Counted from the stretch's first letter, positions 1-8,346 are shown. The stretch is DNA of 64,000 nt from an uncultured beta proteobacterium (GCA_903886275.1 CAISLN010000080.1:43719-107718), one strand, 5' to 3'. Notes: generated by a model from the letters alone, not told the origin. Numbers and translations are program-made.

Positions 1-156
1 TATTCCACCAGTCTTGCGAAAATTTGCTGGCGATTGGTGGAAAGCCGCGCCAGAGATTAAATTTCAAACAGCGCCGGGTTCTGTATTCTCAGTCCTGAAG
101 ATTTTGCGGCGTTGGCGCAGAACTCCAGCTTGACCCTCACGGTGCGCTGCGCCGCT

Positions 157-1476
157 TCAAGCCTTGCGCACCGACACAATCTTGGATCCTCTTCCTCCGC
201 GTTTTTCAAAATGGCGCAGGGCTAAAAAGGTGGCCCCGCCCAGCAGGCAGGAGGCGGCAAAAAAGGCGCCATAGGCCAGTGGCCAGGGCACGCCCTGGGT
301 CATCATCGAAAACTCCGACATGCCGCCCATGCCAGCCAGGATGTTGATGGGCATGAAGACCACACCAAACACGGTGAGCTTGTTGATGCGCCGGTTCTGG
401 TTGATGTTGATGAAACCAATCGTGGCATCCATCAGGAAGTTGATCTTGTCGAACAGGAACGAGGTGTGGCTGTTGAGCGACTCGATGTTGCGCAGCACCT
501 GGCGCGATTCCTCATGCTGCTCGTTGGACAGCACGCGGCTGCGCATCAAAAAGTTGATGGCGCGTTGGGTGTCCAGGATGTTGCCGCGAATGCGCCCGTT
601 GAGGTCTTCTTCCTCGGCGATGTCGCCCAAAATGGCGGCGGCCTCGGTGTCGGTGATGGCTTCGCTCAGCACCTGGCGCCCGACCTTGCCCAGCGTGGTG
701 TAAATGTCCTCCAGCGAGTCGGCGGAATATTCCACATCGGCTCCGTACAGGTCCAGCACCAGATCAAAGCAGTCGTTGGCATAGCCCGGCTGTGCATGGG
801 CGCGCAGCCGCTGCAGCCGAAACACCGGCAGCTCCTCGTTGCGCAGGGTAAAGAGAATGCCCTGGTACAGGATAAAGGCCACCGGAACGCTTCTGGAACT
901 GCCGGCCCGGTCGAGCAAAAAATTGGAATGCAGATGCATCTCGCCCGAGCTCTCCACATGAAAGCGCGAGCTCACCTCCAGGTCGGTGGCGTCACCCGGG
1001 TCCGCCAGCGCTAAGCCGAAGTGGGAGCCGACAAAATTGCGCTCGGCCTTGGTGACGTTGATCAGGTCGATCCAGATCGGCTTGATGCCCTCCAGGTCTT
1101 TGCGGCTGGAGATGGTGACCTGCTGCAGCTTGCCCTCCACCAGCGCAAAGGCGCAGATCTGGCTCTCGTCAAAACTGGGTTCGCGGTCACCCACGAGCTG
1201 CTCGCGGCAGGCATCGGACACCTCCCACAGCACGTTGTTGGCCAGCTCTTCGGGAATCTGGGACCACACGGTACGTGCGGCTTCTTGCTCCAGCGCCTCC
1301 AGGATGGTGGCGATTTCTTCGGCGGGCAGGGGCTCCAGCAGGTTTTTCAGCTCGGCCAGGTGCTGCCTTTGCACCAGGGTTTCGACCATTTGCTGGCGCG
1401 GCATGCTTTGCAGGTGAACCATGTCTTCAATCATTTTTTGGCGGGCAAGTACGTCTTTGACTTTTTCGAGTTGCAT
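157..1476 (-). CDS. corA: CorA-family Mg/Co transporter with N-terminal MgtE_N-like helical extension
   Basis: CorA core (WIDL, SSRF, two C-terminal TM helices around ILAGMGGMSEF); about 100 extra helical N-terminal residues. Confidence 0.85.
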   Translation of the reverse strand: MQLEKVKDVLARQKMIEDMVHLQSMPRQQMVETLVQRQHLAELKNLLEPLPAEEIATILEALEQEAARTVWSQIPEELANNVLWEVSDACREQLVGDREPSFDESQICAFALVEGKLQQVTISSRKDLEGIKPIWIDLINVTKAERNFVGSHFGLALADPGDATDLEVSSRFHVESSGEMHLHSNFLLDRAGSSRSVPVAFILYQGILFTLRNEELPVFRLQRLRAHAQPGYANDCFDLVLDLYGADVEYSADSLEDIYTTLGKVGRQVLSEAITDTEAAAILGDIAEEEDLNGRIRGNILDTQRAINFLMRSRVLSNEQHEESRQVLRNIESLNSHTSFLFDKINFLMDATIGFININQNRRINKLTVFGVVFMPINILAGMGGMSEFSMMTQGVPWPLAYGAFFAASCLLGGATFLALRHFEKRGGRGSKIVSVRKA

Positions 1477-1633
1477 GGTGTGGGCTCTTCAGGGCTATGC
1501 GCGACAGTAGCACGCTAGCGGCCAGCCTGGCTTGTGGTGGGGCGGCGCGGCTTGACGCAGCTGTCACCCGCGTGAAACAGGCGTGCACTATGCTCAGCCA
1601 CAAGGCTGCTTCCGCCCCCACCGAAAGATACGC

Positions 1634-2734
1634 ATGGACCGCGACAAGATACTGCTGACGCCCGGGCCTCTCACCACCACGCTGCGCACCAAGCTGGCCA
1701 TGCTCAAGGACTGGGGCTCCTGGGACGCCGAGTTCAACGCGGTGACGGCCCGTGTGCGCCACGGCCTGCTGGACATTCTTCACGCTGGCGAAAGCCATGT
1801 GCTGGTGCCCTTGCAGGGCAGCGGCACCTTCAGCGTGGAGGCGGCGGTGGCCACGCTCGTGCCCCATGACGGCCATGTGCTGGTGCTGGACAACGGCGCC
1901 TATTGCAAGCGCGCGGCCCGTCTCACCACCTTGATGGGGCGCTGGGCCAGCAGCCTGTTGTTTGACGAGTCACAGCCGGTGGACCCGCAAGCGCTGGAGC
2001 AGTTTTTGCGCGATGACCCCTCGGTCACCCATGTGCTGCTGGTGCACTGCGAGACCGGTGCCGGTGTGCTAAACCCCTTGCAGGAAGTGGCCGATGTGTG
2101 CGCGCGCTTCCAGGTGGGGCTGATCGTGGATGCCATGAGTTCGTTCGGCGCGCTCCCTATCGACGCGCGCAGCACCCGCTTTGATGCGCTGGTCGCAGCC
2201 AGCGGCAAATGCCTGGAGGGCGTGCCCGGCATGGGCTTTGTGTTGATCCGCAAGGAGGTGTTGGCGGCCTGCGAGGGGCGCAGCCAGTCGCTGTCCATGG
2301 ACCTGTTTGACCAGCATGCCTATATGGAGAAGACCGGCCAATGGCGCTTTACACCGCCCACCCATGTGGTGGTGGCGCTGGCCGAAGCGATGGCCCAGTT
2401 CGAGCAGGAGGGCGGTCAGTCGGCGCGCTTGGCGCGCTACACGCGCAACTGCGAGACCCTGCTGGCGGGCATGCAAGCGCTGGGCTTGAAGCCGTTTTTA
2501 GACCCTGCGGTGCAGGCGCCCATCATCGTCACCTTCCACGCGCCTATGCTGCCCGGCTACGATTTCAAAACCTTTTACGCGGCGGTGCGAGCGCGGGGGT
2601 TTTTGCTTTATCCCGGCAAGCTCACGCAGATCGAAACCTTTCGCGTCGGCTGCATTGGTGCGATAGGCGAGAACGAAATCACGCAGGCGGTGCATGCGAT
2701 TGGGTTGGCGCTGCAGGAACTCAAAAATTCTTGA
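1634..2734 (+). CDS. phnW: 2-aminoethylphosphonate--pyruvate transaminase
   Basis: LLTPGPLTT start, [20 protein letters not shown]-lysine motif [22 protein letters not shown]. Confidence 0.9.
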   Translation: MDRDKILLTPGPLTTTLRTKLAMLKDWGSWDAEFNAVTARVRHGLLDILHAGESHVLVPLQGSGTFSVEAAVATLVPHDGHVLVLDNGAYCKRAARLTTLMGRWASSLLFDESQPVDPQALEQFLRDDPSVTHVLLVHCETGAGVLNPLQEVADVCARFQVGLIVDAMSSFGALPIDARSTRFDALVAASGKCLEGVPGMGFVLIRKEVLAACEGRSQSLSMDLFDQHAYMEKTGQWRFTPPTHVVVALAEAMAQFEQEGGQSARLARYTRNCETLLAGMQALGLKPFLDPAVQAPIIVTFHAPMLPGYDFKTFYAAVRARGFLLYPGKLTQIETFRVGCIGAIGENEITQAVHAIGLALQELKNS

Positions 2735-2777
2735 AGCGCAGTGCCATGGTGTCCTGTGCCTAGAGGCTGCTACCTCT

Positions 2778-3383
2778 TTATGGCTGATGCCCCTGCAGCG
2801 GGTCTAGGCGTTGGCCGCGCAGCAGGGCCAGCGGGGAGGCCCAGTACTCCTGGATGTTGTGGACAGGGTCCAGCAAAATCTTGCAGCACCAGGCCAGTCC
2901 CCACGCCGGGCTGCGAATCACAAACAGGTGCAGGGTACGAAACAGCAGGCCGCCCGCGCCCAGGGCCAGCCACAGCAGACCCACATCGTGCAGATAGCCC
3001 GACAGGCCCACGGCGGGCGCTATCAGGCCAAGCAGGCTGGGGCTCAAGGCCAAGAGCAGCGGCAGCGACAGCCAGACCGCAATCAGGATGGTCTTGCGCC
3101 GCATGTTAAAGCCCACCTTGATGTCTTCCTTGTGCGCGTAACTGGTGTTGTTGATGGCGTCAAAACCGCGTGGCTCGAAAAAAATATGGCCGCTCTGGCG
3201 CGTCACCATACCCACCGCCCAGCCCACCAGACCTGCGCTCGCCGGGTCTACAAACAGCAGCGCATAGGCCACCAAAAAGCTGATGGCGCTGAGGAGGTGC
3301 AGGCTCTGGTTGATCCGGCACTGGTGGTAATAGCGGTGGTCGTCCCACTGCAGTTGTTGTATTTTTTTCCAGAAATCGCGCAT
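2778..3383 (-). CDS. Mpo1/DUF962-like membrane protein
   Basis: YYHQCRINQSLHLL and RQSGHIFFE His motifs with hydrophobic helices; start at ATG 3383. Confidence 0.6.
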   Translation of the reverse strand: MRDFWKKIQQLQWDDHRYYHQCRINQSLHLLSAISFLVAYALLFVDPASAGLVGWAVGMVTRQSGHIFFEPRGFDAINNTSYAHKEDIKVGFNMRRKTILIAVWLSLPLLLALSPSLLGLIAPAVGLSGYLHDVGLLWLALGAGGLLFRTLHLFVIRSPAWGLAWCCKILLDPVHNIQEYWASPLALLRGQRLDPLQGHQP

Positions 3384-3451
3384 CGGTTTACTCCTTGGGT
3401 CCAGTTGAAAGGCAGTGCGGCTGCACCTGCAAACCAATGTAAAAAGCCCCT

Positions 3452-3469
3452 GTGACAGTGCGGTGAATC
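3452..3469 (-). promoter_or_regulatory. Putative Pho box
   Basis: Minus strand GATTCAC-cgca-CTGTCAC, 11-nt period, 68 nt upstream of the Mpo1-like gene. Confidence 0.45.
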
Positions 3470-3517
3470 GCTCCGTGATGCCTGCATGACTATTGCGCCA
3501 CATCAATGGGGAGGCGT

Positions 3518-3535
3518 CTGACATCAAAGCTTCAT
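3518..3535 (+). promoter_or_regulatory. Putative Pho box
   Basis: CTGACAT-caaa-GCTTCAT; very similar (15/18) to the site at 14197-14214. Confidence 0.65.
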
Positions 3536-3622
3536 GCGGCGAACCTAAGCTGCACTCAGTCGTTCATTTCGAGCGGCGCTGCGAGGTTCCCTTTGAAATA
3601 CCAAGTTGAAAGCGCATACCCC

Positions 3623-3814
3623 ATGCTGGGTCCGCTGCTGCCCGAGGGGGGCGTACGCGAGCTGCGCCTGAATGACCATGCGTTGGCGATTGCCGTTGCA
3701 GCCAAGAGCGTGACCCTGCCCTATGGCCAGGAAATCCGCGTGGTGCACTGCGTCTCGGGGGAGGTTATCTTTCGCAAGACCGCGACCACCATCGCCCCGC
3801 AGGGGGACGAATGA
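3623..3814 (+). CDS. Small hypothetical protein (63 aa)
   Basis: MLGPLLPEGGVRELRLNDHALAIAVAAKSVTLPYGQEIRVVHCVSGEVIFRK; GC-rich codon pattern; downstream of a Pho-like box. Confidence 0.55.
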   Translation: MLGPLLPEGGVRELRLNDHALAIAVAAKSVTLPYGQEIRVVHCVSGEVIFRKTATTIAPQGDE

Positions 3815-3824
3815 TGCGCAGCCT

Positions 3825-4340
3825 TTAAGAAGCGTTGGCGCCGCCTATGTGCACCAGGGCGTGCTGCAGGCTCATGCGGTCCAGCGCAGCGGTGGGCAGT
3901 GCCACAAGCAGCTCAATGCGCCGGCGCAGGTTGGCGGCGGCCGCCACCATGGCGTGGTGTTGGGCCTGTGCATCGCCGCTTGCGGCTGCGGGGTTGTCCA
4001 CATGCCAGTGGGCCGACAGGGGCTGGCCGGGCCAGACCGGGCTCATGTTTTCCGCTGCATCGTCACACACCGTCAAGACATAGTCCATGCGGGGGGCACC
4101 CGGCAGGGCGAATTCGTCCCAGGGCTTGCTGCGCAGTCCCTGGGTTGGAAAGTCATGGGCCTGCAAAAATTCCAGGGCCAGTGGATTGATTTCACCGGTG
4201 GGAAAGCTGCCGGCCGAATAGGCCTTGAAGCGGCCCTTGCCCAGGGCGTTGAGTTGCGACTCTGCAATCAGGCTGCGGGCCGAATTGCAAGTGCACAAGA
4301 AAAGAACATTGAATACTTTTTCATCCATGGGTAACTCCAC
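3825..4340 (-). CDS. arsC: ArsC/LMW-PTP-family protein with atypical cysteines
   Basis: VLFLCTCNSARS P-loop, AYSAGS, SKPWDEF, LTVCDDAAENMSPVWPG, HW; start may be ATG 4328. Confidence 0.75.
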   Translation of the reverse strand: MELPMDEKVFNVLFLCTCNSARSLIAESQLNALGKGRFKAYSAGSFPTGEINPLALEFLQAHDFPTQGLRSKPWDEFALPGAPRMDYVLTVCDDAAENMSPVWPGQPLSAHWHVDNPAAASGDAQAQHHAMVAAAANLRRRIELLVALPTAALDRMSLQHALVHIGGANAS

Positions 4341-4439
4341 ATTAAAGGCCTACCCATTCTATGTGCAGCAAGTGCCCTCGGCCGGCGGGCCGGGGGGTGT
4401 GCAAGCTGCCCGCCGAATGCGGGCATTGTCCAAGTTGCC

Positions 4440-6176
4440 TCAGCTGTAGCTGACCGCAAGGTTGGAGGCTGCGACCGTCACCGTCTTGCCCACCGCGCCG
4501 GCGTAGGTCTTGGACTGGATGCTGTCCACAAACACAAACTCGCCCTTCACATTGGCAGCGCTCACCGTCATCAGCAGGTAGCCCCGGCGCATCGTGTCGG
4601 AGTAGTTGACATCGCTGATCAGGCCCATGCCGGTACCGTTGACGCCCTTGGTGAGCAGGGTGCCGTCAATGGTGGAGGCCAACCCGCCCAGGCCGGCGCT
4701 TTCATAGCCCGGTGCGGTGACCGAGCTGGTGGCGAACTCCACGCCGATCTGGGCCGTGCCGTCCAGCGACTTGAGGTTGTTGAACCAGGCGTTGTGCGAG
4801 TCGCCCGACAGCACCACCAGCTTTTTGCCGGTGGCCTTGACGGTTTGCAGCAGGGTTTCGCGCTGTATGGGGTAGCCATCCCAAGAGTCCATATTGATCG
4901 GGATCTTGGTTTCGGTGCGCGCGCCGCTCAGGTAGGTGGTCACAGCCGTGGTGAAGGCGGCCGTGCCCTGGGCAAAGGCGGCCACAACGGACTGCGGGTA
5001 CCACAGCTTGGCCATGATGTCCTGGTTGCCCACGATCTGCCAGGTGGTGGTGGCGCTGGCAATGTTGCCGGTCAGCCACTTGAACTGGGTGTCGCTGATC
5101 ATCTTGTTGGCTGCATCCGGATAGACGCCGTTGGTGAGCGTCAGTCCGGCCGCATAGTCGGCCCAGTTATAGGGCTGCACCTTGGCATCAAACGGGTCGC
5201 CGTAATAGCCATAGACCTGCTTGGTGCGGCCCTCGATGCGGGTGTCTAGCATGTGCAGACTGAACAGGGTGCCGAAGTCAAACTTGCGGTAGATCTTCAA
5301 GAGGTTGCTGGCATCGGGCGTGCGAATCGGCATCCACTCGTGGTAGGCCTGTGCGGCCACCGCCTTGCGTGCGGACCAACTGCCTTGGGTTGCGATATCG
5401 TGGTTTTGCGCGCCGTCCATATAGGCGTTGTTGGCAAATTCATGGTCGTCCCAGATCGTGATCCAGGGCATCTTGGCGTGCAGGGCCTGCAGGTTGGCGT
5501 CCAGCCGGTACTGCGCGTAACGGCTGCGGTAGTCGCTCAGGCTGACGATGTCGTTGGCCGGCGTGACCACGCGCCCCAGGGTGACCGCAGTGACCTTCGT
5601 GTTGGTGGCATCGGTGTTGCCGAACTTGGCTGGGTCGGAGCCGTATTCGTAAATGTAGTCACCCAGGTGGATGGCAAATTGGGCGCCGGAGTTGAGCGCG
5701 CTGTCGTACACATTGAAGAAGCCGGCCGAATACAGGGTGCAGGAAAACACCGCAAACTTCACCGAGGTGGCCACAGCCGAGGGCAGGGTGCGCGTGTTGC
5801 CCACTGGCGACGCGTTGCCTTGCGCATCGATGAAGCGGTAGACGTAGCTGTTGTCCGGGGCCAGGCCGGTGGCATCGACCTTGGCAGTGTTGCCTGCTGC
5901 CATGCTGGCGGTCACGGTGCCGGCGCTGATGATGTTGGCAAAGGCGGCGTCGCTGGCGACCTGCCAGCTCAGGGCGACATCGCCCTCCTGGTCGGGGCGC
6001 TTGGCATGGGTCCACAGGATGATGCGGTCGGCCAGTGGGTCGCCGCTGGCCACGCCATAAAGGAATTGAGCCGGCGTGGTGCTGGAGCCGCCACCGCCGC
6101 ATGCGGCAAGGCCTGCCGAGCCACCGATGGCGGTAAGCGTGGTGGTCAAAAAATTGCGTCGGGTCGGGTGCGTCAT
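4440..6176 (-). CDS. phoD: Alkaline phosphatase D, Tat-exported lipoprotein
   Basis: TRRNFL Tat motif, LAAC lipobox, GVASGDP, HLGDYIYEY, WDDHEFANN, LDTR, DSWDGY, SGDSHN. Confidence 0.92.
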   Translation of the reverse strand: MTHPTRRNFLTTTLTAIGGSAGLAACGGGGSSTTPAQFLYGVASGDPLADRIILWTHAKRPDQEGDVALSWQVASDAAFANIISAGTVTASMAAGNTAKVDATGLAPDNSYVYRFIDAQGNASPVGNTRTLPSAVATSVKFAVFSCTLYSAGFFNVYDSALNSGAQFAIHLGDYIYEYGSDPAKFGNTDATNTKVTAVTLGRVVTPANDIVSLSDYRSRYAQYRLDANLQALHAKMPWITIWDDHEFANNAYMDGAQNHDIATQGSWSARKAVAAQAYHEWMPIRTPDASNLLKIYRKFDFGTLFSLHMLDTRIEGRTKQVYGYYGDPFDAKVQPYNWADYAAGLTLTNGVYPDAANKMISDTQFKWLTGNIASATTTWQIVGNQDIMAKLWYPQSVVAAFAQGTAAFTTAVTTYLSGARTETKIPINMDSWDGYPIQRETLLQTVKATGKKLVVLSGDSHNAWFNNLKSLDGTAQIGVEFATSSVTAPGYESAGLGGLASTIDGTLLTKGVNGTGMGLISDVNYSDTMRRGYLLMTVSAANVKGEFVFVDSIQSKTYAGAVGKTVTVAASNLAVSYS

Positions 6177-6219
6177 GGGATGGGCCTGTTGGTTGAAGGC
6201 GAAATTTCAACAGCGGCGT

Positions 6220-6237
6220 ATGACGGTTTAAAGAAAA
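6220..6237 (-). promoter_or_regulatory. Putative Pho box for phoD
   Basis: Minus strand TTTTCTT-taaa-CCGTCAT, 43 nt upstream of the phoD ATG. Confidence 0.45.
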
Positions 6238-6273
6238 GGGTTATTGCCGTGTGGGGCTGCAACAGACGCGCGT

Positions 6274-6291
6274 CTGTCACCCAATTTTCAT
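6274..6291 (+). promoter_or_regulatory. Putative Pho box
   Basis: CTGTCAC-ccaa-TTTTCAT, 62 nt upstream of ATG 6354. Confidence 0.55.
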
Positions 6292-6353
6292 CCTGCTGCG
6301 CAATCATGGTGCTGCGGCGCTTTGCCGCGACTCCCCAACTTTGCGAGACAACC

Positions 6354-6653
6354 ATGAATCAAGACACCCAGCATGAGATTGAGATTGTTCCCCCAAGCGA
6401 TGCGTTTGAAGACGAATTTGAAACCATTGGGGATTACCACCGCAAGGCAGCCCACCATTTCGCTGAGGCTGCTAAGCACCACCTGGCCGCTGCCGACGCG
6501 GATGAAGACGGTGACGAAGAGGCGATGGACCTGCACGCCTTCAAGGCCTACCGCCACCAGCTCAATGGCGTGCAGTGCGCAGAGATCGCAGTGATGGAAA
6601 GCGAAACTGACGAGACCGACGAAGCAGGCGAAGAGGCAGCGGTCAGCGCCTAA
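6354..6653 (+). CDS. Small acidic, His-patterned helical protein (99 aa)
   Basis: MNQDTQHEIEIV...HRKAAHHFAEAAKHHLAAADADEDGDEE...; 3' end of track ORF 5253..6653, real start ATG 6354. Confidence 0.7.
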   Translation: MNQDTQHEIEIVPPSDAFEDEFETIGDYHRKAAHHFAEAAKHHLAAADADEDGDEEAMDLHAFKAYRHQLNGVQCAEIAVMESETDETDEAGEEAAVSA

Positions 6654-6676
6654 ACCTTCAACCCTGCAGGCAGGTC

Positions 6677-6697
6677 GCAAGGCCTGCCCGCATCGCA
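6677..6697. terminator. Hairpin between convergent small ORFs
   Basis: GCAGGTC-gcaa-GGCCTGC stem-loop just after the stop at 6653 (coordinates approximate). Confidence 0.4.
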
Positions 6698-6711
6698 GCT
6701 TGGGGCCGTGC

Positions 6712-6876
6712 TCAGTGGTCCCAGCCGTCGCGCTGCAGCAGCGAGCCGGCAAACATGCCCACATGCACCGGTTGCTGCAGGGCATGGTGTTTGGTCAACA
6801 GGGCAAACAGGCCCAGCAGGGCCGAGGTAACGCGCCAGTGCTTGGACGGCGCGACAGTGGTGGTGAATTCAGACAT
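6712..6876 (-). CDS. Small hypothetical protein (54 aa), below the track cutoff
   Basis: MSEFTTTVAPSKHWRVTSALLGLFALLTKHHALQQPVHVGMFAGSLLQRDGWDH; AGGA 7 nt before ATG; follows 6915..7751. Confidence 0.45.
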   Translation of the reverse strand: MSEFTTTVAPSKHWRVTSALLGLFALLTKHHALQQPVHVGMFAGSLLQRDGWDH

Positions 6877-6914
6877 GGTGCGGTCCTATCGAAGTAGCGA
6901 GGTGAAGAAGCGGT

Positions 6915-7751
6915 TTAGGCGAGTGCAATGACAGCACCATTTTTTTGGCGTTGCAGGGCGGGCGTGTGGACAAAGGCGATGCTGAGCCAGACCGCGATGC
7001 TGAAATACAGCGACATCCAGAGCACCTCGGTTTTCCAGACCTGCCACTGCTGCGACACCACCCATCGGCCCGAGGTATCGAGCAGGCCCTGGCCCAGGCT
7101 CAGGTAATGGCGTCCACTGGCTTCATCGGCCAGCCAGCGCGACCAGTACATGGGCACATCGACCAAAAACATAAAGGCCACATAGGCAATGCCGGTCAGG
7201 CCCATGGCCAAGAGCATGGGCTTCAAGCGGGCGTTGGCGCGCGGCCACAGCGACAGCAGGCTTGCCACCAGCAGCGCGGCCGCCAGACCCCACAGCGACT
7301 CTTCGACGACATGGCCAATGTTGGAAGTGGTGAGCACCGAATACCAGGAGCAGGTCTCGGCCACCACGATCAGCGGCACCACCGACAGCGCCGCCAAGCG
7401 GGCCGGTCGGCTTTGGGTGACCTGGGAAATTTCGCGCATCAAAAGCGCCCACTGGGTGACAAAACACAGCTCGGCTACGGTGGCTACCGAGCGGCCCACC
7501 AGCACGCTCGACAGCCAGGTGTCAAACAGGCAGATGCGCTGCACATCAAATACCGGCAGCGCCGAGCGGTAGGCGCAGCCCAACACATAACCGGCCGACA
7601 AAAACAATTGCAGGCGGCGCGACGCGTAGACGTCGGCGGGAATTACGGTTTGCTTTTGGCGCAGCACGCGCGCCGAATAGGTGAGCGCGAGCACGTTGGC
7701 CGCGCTGACTGCGCAGAGCAAAAACCACCACACAAAAACTTCTGTTGACAT
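6915..7751 (-). CDS. Hypothetical polytopic membrane protein
   Basis: About 7 hydrophobic segments carrying intramembrane polar residues (ELCF, AETCSWY, GHVVEESLW, VDVPMY). Confidence 0.75.
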   Translation of the reverse strand: MSTEVFVWWFLLCAVSAANVLALTYSARVLRQKQTVIPADVYASRRLQLFLSAGYVLGCAYRSALPVFDVQRICLFDTWLSSVLVGRSVATVAELCFVTQWALLMREISQVTQSRPARLAALSVVPLIVVAETCSWYSVLTTSNIGHVVEESLWGLAAALLVASLLSLWPRANARLKPMLLAMGLTGIAYVAFMFLVDVPMYWSRWLADEASGRHYLSLGQGLLDTSGRWVVSQQWQVWKTEVLWMSLYFSIAVWLSIAFVHTPALQRQKNGAVIALA

Positions 7752-7839
7752 ATGTTTTTCTTCCCTTTTTTTACCAATTATTCTTTAATGTATACGATAC
7801 AGATCGTTTTGCAAGCGGGCATACCCTTGGTCCTGAACA

Positions 7840-7868
7840 ATGTCATGCAACTGCCATGCCGGCATCAC
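7840..7868 (+). promoter_or_regulatory. Putative Pho box array (3 half-sites)
   Basis: ATGTCAT-gcaa-CTGCCAT-gccg-GCATCAC, 35 nt upstream of ATG 7904. Confidence 0.6.
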
Positions 7869-7903
7869 ACAATGGCCCAACACATCCACTCGATCGGACC
7901 TGC

Positions 7904-8122
7904 ATGTACAAAGACGAGACCACCGAAATTGCCGCCACCGGCCTGCGCTACACCTACAAGGAGGCCGGCTCACCCTTTCAGGGAATGGGCAGCAACGGCG
8001 AGGTGCGCAGTTGCCTCAAGTGCGGCCAACACAAGGCCAGGACCCATGGCGCCATCCACCGCTTCCTCGATGGGCTGATGTTTTTCTGCTTCGACTGCCG
8101 CCCCAAAAAGCTGCCGCAGTAG
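7904..8122 (+). CDS. Small zinc-ribbon-like protein (72 aa)
   Basis: Two CxxC pairs: RSCLKCG and FFCFDCRP. Confidence 0.65.
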   Translation: MYKDETTEIAATGLRYTYKEAGSPFQGMGSNGEVRSCLKCGQHKARTHGAIHRFLDGLMFFCFDCRPKKLPQ

Positions 8123-8346
8123 GGCCGCAACAGCCCATGCATTTTTACCGCAGCACGCCAACCACGTTGGCAGACGCGGGACGGTGTGGCGCTCCGATTC
8201 GGTAGGTGGAGGACCGGGTGCAGCCCGGTCTGGGAGGGGGCGGGAAGGACGGAAAGGGGCGTGCCACGGCGGACTGCGTCCGACGTGACTGGATGCCAAA
8301 CCTGAGTGCCACATTGTGGGTACGCCGCTGCCAGCGGCGCAGCGCT

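Noticed and set aside
1-10. tattccacca resembles a tRNA/tmRNA CCA 3' end
   Set aside because: No T-arm (GTTCRA) is visible within the window, and the sequence is explained as one arm of a local hairpin.
1551-1589. CTGTCAC half-site upstream of phnW
   Set aside because: It is a single good half-site; the neighbours at an 11-nt period (GCTTGAC, GTGAAAC) do not match, so it is not counted as a Pho box.
5253-6353. Long + strand ORF of 466 aa
   Set aside because: It is the antisense shadow of phoD; only the last 99 codons, from ATG 6354, look like a real gene.
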